This document shows, one piece after another, positions 51,812 to 64,000 of a stretch of 64,000 nucleotides of DNA. The DNA is from Octopus vulgaris (Eukaryota). The first letter of the stretch is position 1. Each line of letters begins with the position of its first letter. The position numbers were made by a program, and so were the translations under genes. The stretch covers positions 34,596,001 to 34,660,000 of the forward strand of contig OX597823.1 of NCBI GenBank assembly GCA_951406725.2, written 5' to 3'. The notes beneath the pieces were generated by a model that saw only the letters and a list, made by a program, of their open reading frames with translations, ran no database searches and was not told the origin of the DNA.

Positions 51812-52297
51812 ATATTATATTTGAAAGTCTATGAGGTTTACTTAATATAGTTTTTGAAGTGTAAAGGTGATTTTTTTTTTAAATATGAAATCTTTTATGA
51901 GGATGTTACTAACTTTTTTGGGGAAGAAACTTTTTCTAGTGTGTGAGTACTTCCATTACACACATATACACATGTAATGGCATTAAAAATTGAATGGTAC
52001 TGAAACAATTGTGACTAGTCATTAAATATGTGCTAAATTCTTTCTTTATCTTCTTATTTGCATTATATATATATATATAAAACTTACTTGGAAAAGGATG
52101 CATGGCGTTCAATCATATAATAATATAAATAATATATAAATATATGCATATATACATACATATATGTATGTACCTACATATATATACATGCATGTATGTG
52201 TACAGGACATCAAAAAAAAACCTTGAACACAATGAGAAATTAAAACATAAAAACAAAAACATAGAAAATGAACTTTTTTTTGAACAATGAAAAAAAC

Positions 52298-52442
52298 AGA
52301 GTACAAGACATACAACATAAAGAATATTCCCCTTCTTCAGTTGTCTCTGTTTCATCTACATCACGTTTCAAAGGTGGAGTAGATGAAACAGGGACAACTG
52401 AAGAAGGGGAATATTCCTTATGTTGTATATCTCGTTTCTCTG
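52298..52442. repeat. Inverted repeat (~65-bp arms)
   Basis: CAACATAAAGAATATTCCCCTTCTTCAGTTGTCTCTGTTTCATCTAC pairs with GTAGATGAAACAGGGACAACTGAAGAAGGGGAATATTCCTTATGTTG. Confidence 0.88.
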
Positions 52443-53504
52443 TAAACTGTGAAACCGGTTATATCTTTAAACATAATAAAAAAATTTTTAACTATTCTCA
52501 GTGCATTTTCAACTTTGATTTTTTATATATTTCTACCTGTGTGGAATAAAATAACTTTGTTTTATATACATACAGGGAGAGAGAGAGAGAGATGTGTTTG
52601 TGTGTATGTAGATTCGTGTCTCTGTGCTTTGACATCACACAGCAGCTGTAAATGAGTGTCACTATTATATAAACAATGTCATCTGTTTCTGTTCTTCTGT
52701 GAAAATATGTCTAACCATGGTGAAATAATAACTTACTTGGCAATAGGTGAGGGTTGGCAACAAGAAGAGCATCTGGTTGTACAAAATTTGCCTCAACAAA
52801 TTGCATCTGACCCATGCAAGCATGGAAGGAGTTGTTAAAAAAGAATGATGAGTAATACAGAGTCACAGAGATTGTCTATCATATTTTATATCATGGATTG
52901 AAACTAGGGACATTGATACAAACAAAACAACAATTAGGACATCACATCTTCAAAATACAGTGATGAAAAGGTTTGGAAATATTTTCTTAAAACATTCAAT
53001 GTCTTAACATTTCTGTGACTCAAAAGAATGGAGATGTTTTTGCTTATGTCATTAAAAAAAGGCAAAAAGCAGATTTACAGATTTTGTCTCATTCTCTCAA
53101 TCATCATCCATGATAATGTGGGTTGACTAAGTCTGCAATACATTAGCTTTCCATGAATATTGATCTCATGCATTTAATCATAATTTGCTGCCACATGGCC
53201 ATGGTCCATTAGCAATAATTTATTGTCATGTTGTCACATTTCTTAGAGGAAGAATTTTCTTTATTTTTCTTGAGCCCAAGGATCTATAATCCAGTTACTC
53301 AGCTTCCACGGTGTATGAGTGGTTGAACAGGAAGCTAATTGATTGTCAGCTTCAAGGCCTTTAGAGAGGAGGGGACAAGTTTATTACAATGAGCCCCAGT
53401 ACTTGACTGGTACTTTATTTTATTGAGCCAGATGGATGAAAGGCAAAGTTTGGTAAGATTGGGAAAAGTGAAGATAAGGTAGATATATTATTCAAAGCAC
53501 AAAC

Positions 53505-53643
53505 CTGCTATTGGTGATTCAGTGAAGTAAGTGTCAATGAGATTGGCATAATCTTGATTTGCATCAACCAGCTGTTGGTGTGTCCCTCGTTCAGTGATTT
53601 GACCCTCTTTTAAGAAGAGGATATGGTCACATGATGTAAGGTA
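53505..53643 (-). CDS. ABCC5: ABCC5-like exon (end of NBD1)
   Basis: 139 nt, tttcag|TAC...G|gtttgt. YLTSCDHILFLKEGQITERGTHQQLVDANQDYANLI...; phase 0 to 1. Confidence 0.93.
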
Positions 53644-54733
53644 CTGAAAATACATAGAGCCATGAGAGGAGCAGTAAGAGGTGTTGGACATAGAGACAAT
53701 GTGAGGTACAGTGACAGGCAGTGGTATATAACATTGTATTGCACTGTGGCACCTACAAACAGCTAGGTAGACTGGGCTCTTGACAGTTAATGGTCATGAT
53801 CATGGATACAGTACAGCGAAGTATACTGCACTGTGTTACCTACTCACAGCTAGGTAGACTGAGCTGGCTATTGGTAGTTCGGTGTCTTGGTCTTGGATAC
53901 CGAATAGTGAACTCTACCACACTGTGGTATCTATTTACAGCTAAGTAGACTGGGTGTTTGTTGGTCATGGACACACTCCAATGAACTGGACCACACTGTG
54001 AGACAAGTTTAGTTGGTAAACCGAACAAGTCGTGTAAGGCAACAAGCTGGCAGAATGGTCAGCATGCCAGGCAAAATGGTCAGTGGCATTTCACCCATAT
54101 TTATGTTCTGAGTTCAAATTCTGCCAAAGTTGTCTTTGCTTTCATCCTTTTAGGGTCAAAAAATAAGTACCAGTTATGCACTGGGGTCGATGTAATCAAC
54201 TTTCCCCTGCCTTGAAATTGCTGGTCTTGTGTAAAAATTTGAAACCAAACTGAACAAGTCATGTGACATTATTATAATTTTACCTTCATTTCTGCAATTC
54301 TATCAAAATACTTAGATCTTCAGATATTTAAATATTCGATGGAATGGTCAACCATACAATATTCCTGTTTCATACTGTAATGAACCATACTTCCCTGTTA
54401 TGTAAATTTACTGCTGAGTGGTCAGGGACCATTGAAAGGTAATCTCTTGACCAGGGACACAATAGGGCACAGCTTGCATCATACAAACTGCCAACCTGTA
54501 TAAGGTTAGAGCTACAGTCTTTATTCTAAAATGGACATCTACATCTCTCATTGTTTAAACAAAAACATTTCTCAACCTCATATAGGTGCAGACGTGGCTA
54601 TGTGGCTAACGATGTAGCTTCAAGTTCAATACCACTGCATGACACCTTCTTTAAATAGCTTCTACTATAGCCTTGGATTAACCAAAGACTTGTGACTAGA
54701 TTTGGTAGAGAGAAACTAATTGTAGCTTGCTAC

Positions 54734-54781
<48 letters not shown>

Positions 54782-56850
54782 GAAGGTTCAGTAATTTCTC
54801 ACTGAACAACCACACAGATGATTTGTTTATAGTGATGAAAGGTTTGTGTTCACATAAGCTCACTTCCTCTATCTAATCAACATTACCTGTACAGGTGTAC
54901 CATGTACCACATGTCAGAGTGCAACACCCTAACCACTAAGCCATGCACTTTCACACACACAGGCATATATATATATCACATATTCAGTCTATTTGAGGAT
55001 ATAAACCTCTTATAGGGATGGTTCCATCCAAGTTATACTGGTGTAATATATTATACTGTGGAGAGATATCTTCTTCAATAAATATATTATAGATATCAAA
55101 TATTATTAAGCAAGAAAATTGAGAGATTTGATGCATACAAATTAATCTATTAATTAATTAACATTGCCTACAATTGTTTCAATTCACACTCAATAAATAT
55201 TACAACCCTTATCTAATAAAATATGTTTGCATTTTGAAGATTTTGAGTGAAATATCATCACGGTGAAAGGACAATAAGGAAGCATTCTAACAAACTAAGG
55301 AGATGAAAGTCATCATCATCATCATCATCGTTTAATGTCCGTTTTCCATGCTGGCATGGGTTGGACGGTTTGACTGGTGACTGGCAATGTTTCTACAGCT
55401 GGATGCCTTCCTAATGCCAACCACTCCGAGAGTGTAATGGGTGCTTTTTACGTGCCATCGGCATGGGAGCCAGTCAGGTGGCACTAGTATCGGCCACATT
55501 CAGATGGTGCTTTTTACGTGCCACAGGCACAGGAGCCAGTCGAGGCAGGGGTGGGTGTCTGGCATCAACCACATTCGGATGGTGGCTTTTATATGCCACC
55601 AGCATGGGGAGCCAGTCAGGCAACTCTGGCAGCAAACCATGCATGAATGGTCCTTATCGCATGCCACCAGCACTGGTAACAACCACAATGCCACCAGCAT
55701 TGGTGCGTGCATGTGTGTGTGTGTGTAGGCATTAATATTTTTCTTAAAATATAATAAAATAAAATAAATAAAAATATTAAAATATGTAATATACACATAT
55801 AAAAATAATAAAATGAGTAAAAGTAAATAAATATTAAAAAATAAAAATATTCAGACATAAATAAAATAATAAAAATAATAATAAAAGGTAATGAATATCA
55901 TAAAATAAATAAAAATTGATATTAAATAAATGAAATAACATGAAAATAAAAATAAAATGAAAATATATATAATATAAATAAAAATGTATGTGGGTAATAT
56001 AAAAATAATAAATATAATCTATATATATGAAAAACAGTTTGTGTGTGTGTGTGTTCCTTATGCATTCAAAAACTGAGCTGTCAATTTTGACGTATACCCC
56101 ATTTGTCAAAAGACTAAGGAATCTTTCAGCTACCAAATAAACTTTATTTTGATTTACATATTTTCCACGTTATCTCAACAACCAGCTTTGGGCGTTTGAA
56201 AGACACTGTTCTACAACGACTAGGTTGCATTAGAAAGGGAAAATAGTTTCACACTTCCAATTTGAACTAAAATTACAAAGTGTTGCATTACAAGTGTGGT
56301 GATATGTGAATAATGAAAGTAATGTTTCTCTGAATTATTTACTCATTAAAAGACATCCATTTCTCTGTATGTTATGAGGAAATACAGCCAAGCACTCTCT
56401 CTCTCTCTCTCTCTCACTTCCACACACACACACATACACATAGAAAAAAGATGTATGCATAGGTATTTATGTACGTATATATGAAAGATAATGTATGAGA
56501 GAGAGAGAGGGGGAGAGAGGGAGAGAAAGAGAGAGTGATTGAGTGCCTCTTACACATACATGCAAAAAATACATACATAACAATACACACCTTCACTCAC
56601 CCACTCTCTCTGTCACACACACACACACACACACACATGTCCATTTCATATATATGTACATACATTTTTCACTTTCTGCTTTCACTTCAAAGCAAATGTT
56701 ACCTCTTCACTTTTTCCTCTACTTTGATACCTGCTCTCTTCAAAGCATAAAGAAATAAAAGAGTTTTATGGAAATTAATGAACAGTCACCTGATCAAGTT
56801 AACAACTTTGCTGCTTCAAACGAAAGATTGCCATAAAATAACTTCCTTTG

Positions 56851-56889
<39 letters not shown>

Positions 56890-57870
56890 AGGTAAAACTT
56901 CTGTACGAATTATGTTATTTCTTGCTTTGTGCACAAAATTACAGCTCAAATCCAACTGAACTGACCGTTACCTATTCTGTAATATGTGTTTGTGATGAGT
57001 ATTTAAAAACCTGATCTTCGATATAAACTTAAAAGGAAGTTTTCCCAGAAATCCAGTCCTTTACTTGTTGTTTCTCGCATGTCCACATTTGTGCCCCGTC
57101 CACTTATTTGTTTCCTGAATTTCTTCTGATCCCCATGTTTTCAATACAGAAGATTAGGATTTCACCCCAAAACACGTTCTCAATAATTTTATTTTCTCCC
57201 TCCCCATCCCAATTTCTTCATTTTTTAATTTTTTTTCAAAATTTTTTTCTTGATAATCCATGGAGAAAAAACAGAGTGCAAATCTTTAAGAATTTTTTTC
57301 ATTCTTTTTTCTTAAAGAAACACTAAAATCTCCTTCCCAAACATCCACCCATCACCTCATCACTTTCAAAAAGCTACAAACTCCCAATGTTTCACTTTTA
57401 GCTCTTTGGAAAGCAGGGAAGTTTTCAAAATATTCTACCAGTTTCAATCATTTTATCAGACAATTTAGCCACACTGTAAGAGGAAGGAAAATAAATTGAA
57501 ATTTATGAAAGTAATCTTTCATATCATTTCTGAAAGTTAGCATGTTTTTCTAAGAAAATTGACCTGGTGCCAGGACTTGATTTCCTTCTGAAGGCTGCTG
57601 ACTCATGGTAGAAGTAGTAACTATTTTTGCAGTGGCATTTGATGTTTTTTTTTTGCTTAATGGAAATGTTGGCATTAAAGAGCGGCTGTCAGTAATAGCA
57701 GCAGAGATATGTGTGTATGTGTGTGCGTGCACGAATATGTGGGAGGGTGGGGGTGCATTTCCTTGTCTGGACATTGTATGGCAGTTGGAAACGAGAGTGT
57801 TCATCCTCATTCAAGATTCAAATGGGTTGGTATTGAAAGGGTTAAAGGGAGGGTGGGGAATGTTGAAGGT

Positions 57871-57973
57871 GAAGAAGAAGAAGAAGAAGAAGAAGAAGAA
57901 GAAGAAGAAGAAGAACAAGAAGAAGAAGAACAAGAAGAAGAAGAAGAACAACAACAACAACAACAGCAGCAGC
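57871..57973. repeat. (GAA)n(CAA)n(CAG)n compound microsatellite next to a splice donor
   Basis: Read directly; ends ~22 nt from the donor at 57995. Confidence 0.92.
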
Positions 57974-57995
57974 TTCTTTAGACAAGGACTCTTAC

Positions 57996-58199
57996 CTGAA
58001 GCTGGTGTGTAACGAACAATACAGCCTTTGTACACAAAAACATGTTGAAACACTCATCATAGATTCTCTTTCCAATGTGAGCATCAACAGCAGATAATGG
58101 ATCATCCAAGAGGTAGATATCGCTGTCATTGTAGAGGGCACGAGCTAGACTGATCCTCTGTTTTTGTCCACCACTTAGATTAATACCTCGGTCTCCAAT
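57996..58199 (-). CDS. ABCC5: ABCC5-like ABC transporter exon (NBD1 signature, Walker B, H-loop); first exon in window
   Basis: 204 nt, ttccag|ATT...CAG|gtaag. Encodes [43 protein letters not shown]...VTHQLQ, the typical ABCC NBD1 with a degenerate Walker B (LLDD). Symbol means ABCC5-like; orthology not proven. Confidence 0.95.
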
Positions 58200-61100
58200 C
58201 TGGAAAACAAAAAAGCTTTTGTGAGACAAAAAATCTCTCAGAGATAACGACCAAAAAATAGCTAGAAGTGGTGAGGAAACATCTGAGAGGGAGAAAGATA
58301 ATTATATATATATATATATATATATAGAATATAAAGAAAGTCAGGAAGTAGGTTGAAATAGGATGATGGCTGTTTCACAGCCAACATTATCATCAGCGTT
58401 TAACATCCACTTTCCATGCTGGCATGGGTTGGATGGTTTGACTGAGGACTGGTGAGCCAGAAAGCTGCATCAGGCTCCAATCTGATCTGGCAAGTTTTTA
58501 CAGCTGGATGCCCTTCCTAAAACCACTTCGAGAGTATAGTGGGTGCTTTTACATGCCACCAACACAAGGGCCAGTCAGGCGGTTCTGGCAACAACCATGC
58601 TTAAAAGTGTTTTTATTTGCTACCTGCATAGGAGCCAGTCTGGCAGTACTGGTAATGACCATACTTGAATGTTGTTTTCCACGTGCCACCGGCACATGTG
58701 GCAGTAAGGTGACGCTGGTAACGATCACACTCAACTGGTACCTTTTAGTGTATAATATAATTTTTCAGGATCTTTGTTTTCTCTGCCAAGCAAAGCATGC
58801 ATTGTTGTTGCCATTGATACATGACCCCTGGCTGTTTGAAGATCTTCCATTTAATTATGTATGGCATACCCTACTCTTTTAAACACAATACATGGTTGGT
58901 CCAAGACATGATGTTGCACATTTCTAGTATCCTAAAAGAGGACCTGTAGTCGCTCAGATGGTTGCACTTTACCTGATAGTTTCTCTTACTCTATACACAC
59001 ATACATGCATATACACACATATAGATAATTACTCCTATTTATTAGTGTCATGATCTCAAAATGCTTCCTTTTATTTATAATTATCCAACATGGCCGCAGT
59101 CAAATGACTTAAATAAATAAAAGAATAAAAAAAAGAATGGGTGCAGGTGTGGCTGTGTGGTAAGAAACTTGCTTCTCAACCACATGATTCCAGGTTCAGT
59201 CCCATTGCATAGCATCTCAGGCAAGAGTCTTCTATTATAGCCTTAGGCCAACCAAAGACTTGTGAGTGGATTTGGTACATGGAAACTGAGAGAAGCCCCT
59301 CCAAAAGTTCTTTTTATTGTTTATTTACTCGTGTTCCTTTCTGTTGAAGAGCATAGGCTCGAAACATAAAAGACTTTCTCACCTTCCCGAGTGTTAAACA
59401 AATACACCTGTTTGTTGTTCATACACCTGCTTTCGTCTTTTGCTTTTCTGTAAATTTCAACTGTGTGTGTGTGTGTGTGTGTGTGTTTGTGTGTCTGTGT
59501 TTGTCCCTCCACCATCACTTGACAGTCGATGTTGGTGTGTTTATTTTCCTGTAACTTAGTGACTCGGCAAAAGAGACTGATAGAATAAGTACTAGGCTTA
59601 CAAAGAATAGATCCTGGGGTGGATTTGTTTGACTAAAGGTGGTGCTAATATACAACATTACACAGAGATTACATTCTGTTTCACTATTTCTATCACACAT
59701 TAAAGGAAAAAGATGACAAGATTGCTGGTTGAATTTTAATCTGAATTCGGATTGGTAAAGTCTAGTCACCTACCAGGCAACCAACTGAAGTTACATACAG
59801 ACTTCACATACAAAACAGAACATCTCTCATTGAAAGGTAACTTACACACCTCATCTATAAGAGAAAACATTTCTTCAAAATAGGTGATCTACACCTGTCA
59901 CCTTCAATTCAGAACAGATGTCAGGGATGTATGAAATGAAGGGAAACCTCAGGACTTATACTTTATAAGCCTAGTACTTCTTCTATCAGTCTCTTTTGCT
60001 GAACCACTAAGTTACAGGGACATAAACACACCAAGTACAGAAACCATTCTGTTTAGTCATAAAGTTTAAATGTACTTCTATTTCAACTCTACAACAGACA
60101 TCGCCAACTGGGGTGGATGTAAACTGAATTACAGAATAAAATATCAGAGTGTTTACAACTTTGGTAAGAATTATGTCAATGATTTTGAAAACAGTAACTT
60201 CATAAAAGGAGTTTTCAACATAGACAAAGAAGTTGTTTTAGGAGGGGTTGGAAACCTGCAGCCTTTCAAACAAATAAGTACAACCATCCAGAAAAGTTTA
60301 GATTTTACATTAAAAATACATTTAGATTGATAATCTAAAGGATTAGATAATTAAGATTCATAAATCATTTCAAAAATATTAATAAAAACTAATTAACATT
60401 TAATTTTGTCATTTAATATTTCTGATTGCATTTTTACCATGCATGTAATTATATTTTTGGGTGTATAAAATAAAGTTTCCTACTTTGCAGCCTTAATTAG
60501 GGCACATTTAATTAAAAGTGGAATCATTACTTTTAATGTCTGTTTTTCCATGCAAGCTTGGATGTGGCATTTATTTGATGCAGGGTTTTATGGCTGGATG
60601 CCTTTCCTGTTACTAACTCTAATCTGTTTTTTCTTTATCAAAAAACAGATTATGTATTCCACTGGTTTTTGACAGAACAGAGTGACAATTAGTAAAATCA
60701 ACAAGGAATGTAAACAACATCACCATTTCAGAAAATTACTATTTGTAAATCTCTCAAGAGATATTCAGCAACAGTACTTTGGAGTAAAGATTGCTTGCCA
60801 ACATAACATGGCAGTCCTGGTTTAGGACGAATGATGCTGTAATTTAGCCCCAGGAGACATCGTCTCCAGCTGGCTATACGATGATCCGTGTCCTTATATT
60901 TTTGAACAAGGGAATCTTGGGAGTGCTACAGGGGACACCCTGTATATTGGGCCTCCATCTTGTTTCTTTCACAAATTCCACTCACAAGTCATTGGTCTTC
61001 TCAGAACTATTGCATATTGTAGAAAACACTGTCTGTGTAGTGGGAATGAACCCAAAACCTTGCGGTTATGAAACGAACCTCTTAAGCACACAGCCATGGC

Positions 61101-61867
61101 TGTGCCTCAATCAAATGTAAATGTGAACATGATCCTCTTGATATAAATAGCTTTCCCTATCCCTGATCTAACTGGTGCTTTGAAGAGGAACTCATTTGAA
61201 GGAAATACCATGGTTTGGAGCCCATTATAAGAGTTTAATGATGCTATATGAGTTGTGCATTTATATTATAGCTAGCTAAGTCTATTTGGAAGATTATAAG
61301 CCAAAGATCATTATGTATTTAATCTATAAGTGGCAATTTCACTTGGGAATGAGAAACTGTTGAAGGTTATCTCTCTCACCATTACACTATTTATCTTTTC
61401 TAACCCACCCTCTTTTCTTTTCAACTGGGGTATCCATGTATCTATTCTACAGCAGAACACCTGCCCCTGTCTCCCTATACCCCTAATCTCTCATCAGCTG
61501 GTTCAAAGCTGCTCTACTCACTAATAATCCGTCTCCAAGCTAAACATGTTTTTATATTGCAAGTTACTCAGTAACCATGTAAGTGCTGGTGCCACATAAA
61601 AAGCACCCAGTCCACACTGTAAAGCAGTTGGCATTAGAAAGGGCATCCAGCCATAAAAAAAACTATGCCAAAACAGGAAATGGGGACTGGTGAGGCCCTG
61701 GCCTTCCCAGCTCCTGTCAAACCATCCAACATGTGCTAGCATGGAATACAGACATTAAATGATGATGACAATAATGATGATGAAGAGGAGGAGGAAGAGG
61801 AGGGTGTTGATGATTGTGGTGGTGATGGTGGTGATGATGATGATGATGTTGATGATGTTGATGATGT

Positions 61868-61911
<44 letters not shown>

Positions 61912-62077
61912 GTGGTGAATGTAGTGGTGGTGGTGGTGATGTTGATGATGTTATCTTAATGTTTATTTCTACCATAAAACAATTTAACATTAAACTGAAT
62001 GATCACTTACTACTCTTCTAGAAGAACACATATTAAAATGGTTGAGAGTGCCGATGAAGAGTCAGCTTGTTCCATGT

Positions 62078-62124
62078 GATCAGTCTGATGATGGTGAACA
62101 TGCTAAAACTTCAAAGTCACTGTC
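62078..62124 (+). ncRNA. Decayed hammerhead motif (G12 lost)
   Basis: cagt-CTGATGA-tggtgaacatgct-aAAAC-tt(ca)aa-GTC-actg. Confidence 0.5.
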
Positions 62125-62503
62125 AACCTTCTTTTTTTCTCTTTTGCAAAAATTGATAAGTCCTTATAGTAAAGTTAGTTATTTTAACTTGGGAGGTTAT
62201 ATAAAAAGGGAAGTTATGTATTTATATAACAGGTGGCTATGTTGACCTTGGGAGATTAGGAATCAATTGTGTGATGTTAACACTCCTTTATATAGAGATT
62301 GGGATAAACCCTCTTCTCATAAAGGCAAGAGTATAATCAAAGACTAATTACCTTATTCAAAGATAAAGGGTTTCATTGTTTAATAAGGTGCATCAGTTTG
62401 TTTGTGTAATTAGGAAAAGAAATATTTAAAGCACAAAAGAGAGCAAAAAAAATTCCATTTCAGTAAAAGAGGGAAGTACCGCTTGCCATGTCAAAATGTG
62501 AGT

Positions 62504-62541
<38 letters not shown>

Positions 62542-64000
62542 CTGCCACTGCCACCAAAGTATTTCAACCCGGTAAATCAAACCACCCTACCCTTATCCCT
62601 GACATTCTAATTGGTTGAGAGACTACAACATACACAACACATCCTGCTTCAACAATCTCATCAAGGCTGCCGTGGACACAATAGTGCCTCCTTCCCTGCG
62701 CACCAGCTAATCTCTTTTTCACAGCCTTAACATCCAACCCCCACCCACACACCTCACCAAGCTTAACTACACCTCCACCCACTCCTCATATGCACCTACC
62801 ACCTCCACTTGATAATAAACAATCGTCCACCCCCACCCCTCACCAGTTATTATTCAACACACACTACAAGCAACAATAACAGTGGCGGCGGCGGCGGCGG
62901 TGGTGGTGGTGGTGGGCATTTCAAAGTTCAAACAGTGCAGTAGACCCATTTCCATGGAGAGGAATGGAGGCAAACAGTCCAGTTTCAATTAAAACACCCC
63001 AATCATTAACATAAATTCAACATAATTATTCTTGAAGCAAACGAAGTAAAATGTTAGCCTAAATGTTGGGGGCAACGTTAATTCTTCCACCCCCAAGGGT
63101 TATTTCTTCTTTAGTGTTTGCGTGCATGTCTGCGTGTGTGTGGGGGGTGCGTGAATGTGTATGGAGGAAAGACTTCTACCCGAAAAAAATTAAAAACTAA
63201 ATAAAGGAGCGGTTTTGGTGGGGTACAAAAGGAAATTCTGCCGCGCGCGTGCGTGTGTGTGTGTGTGTGTGTGTGTGAGGGATTATTTAATGGTTTAGTG
63301 GGAGGAGAAAAGGGTGGCACCCATGACATTTCTCTGAACCTTCAACACTGGAGAATGAAACTGGTTCATTATCCACTTCTCTGAGATGGTTGCCCTTACA
63401 CATCATAAAGGCTGTGTTCCCCACTCATGTAAACAAACCCCTTGCCTGTATGGGGAACTACCCAAAGTCCCTCCAGAACTAAATCAACATCTTTATTTAA
63501 GACCTTCCCTGAATATTTATGATAGAATGGTCCTCTCCAAAGACACCCAAGGTAGCCAAGAATGAAGGTCTTAAATCAAGCTCTGGATTTAGTCTGCCAG
63601 TCCCTGTTGAATGATCTCTACAAAAGGCTTTCACATATATTCCATCTTCCAAAATTTCCGTGACAATGGCTTTGTTTAACTCCAAGTTAGAGTAATAAAA
63701 AAAAATATTTTCCAATGCTGTGCAGTGGCATTGATTCCAAAACTCCATGTAGTTATGAGGTGAACAACTTAATCACACAGCCAGCAGTCGTTTTACATGT
63801 TTGTTTGTAATTTTGTCTATATTTCAGGATCATGTAGTTTGTAATTTCTCTCCAATGAAAAGGAGTGATTAAAACTGGAGTCTAGTAACATTTCTGGTGG
63901 AAGGGAGTGATCAAAGCTGGGCTCTTGTAAGTTTTCTGATTAAAGTAAGTTGTTAAGAATGGACTCAAATAACATTTCTGGTATCCAAAAGAAGAGAATG

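Noticed and set aside
58200-64000. Upstream NBD1 exons (Walker A, Q-loop)
   Set aside because: I found no matching peptide with splice sites by eye. They are presumed to lie beyond the window, though a short divergent exon could have been missed.

Overview
Eukaryotic, AT-rich, microsatellite- and transposon-dense genomic DNA. The repeat landscape looks like an octopus (coleoid cephalopod) genome; this is inference, not a database result. The only host gene I can support is the 3' half of an ABCC/MRP-family ABC transporter (ABCC5/11/12-like) on the minus strand. It has 15 GT-AG exons from 58199 down to the stop at 20108, 2295 nt in total, splicing in frame to 764 aa (end of NBD1, linker, TMD2, NBD2). 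Its 5' exons lie beyond the window. Most ORFs in the supplied track are microsatellite artefacts. The rest of the window is decayed transposons: mariner/Tc1/maT, pogo-type MITEs, hAT, Helitrons, two Gypsy remnants plus a solo LTR, Penelope-like elements, RTE, CR1, an R4/Dong-type cluster and tRNA-derived SINEs. The most striking unannotated signal is a dense set of more than 10 minimal type-I hammerhead ribozyme motifs (CUGANGA-stem II-GAAA-short, often palindromic, stem III-NUH). Two are nearly intact, one sits in a tRNA-headed SINE, and one forms the loop of a ~170-bp-arm intronic hairpin. Several fold-back repeats are built from ribozyme halves. Also seen: a CpG-decay boundary tracking the gene body, and a head-to-head telomeric insertion.
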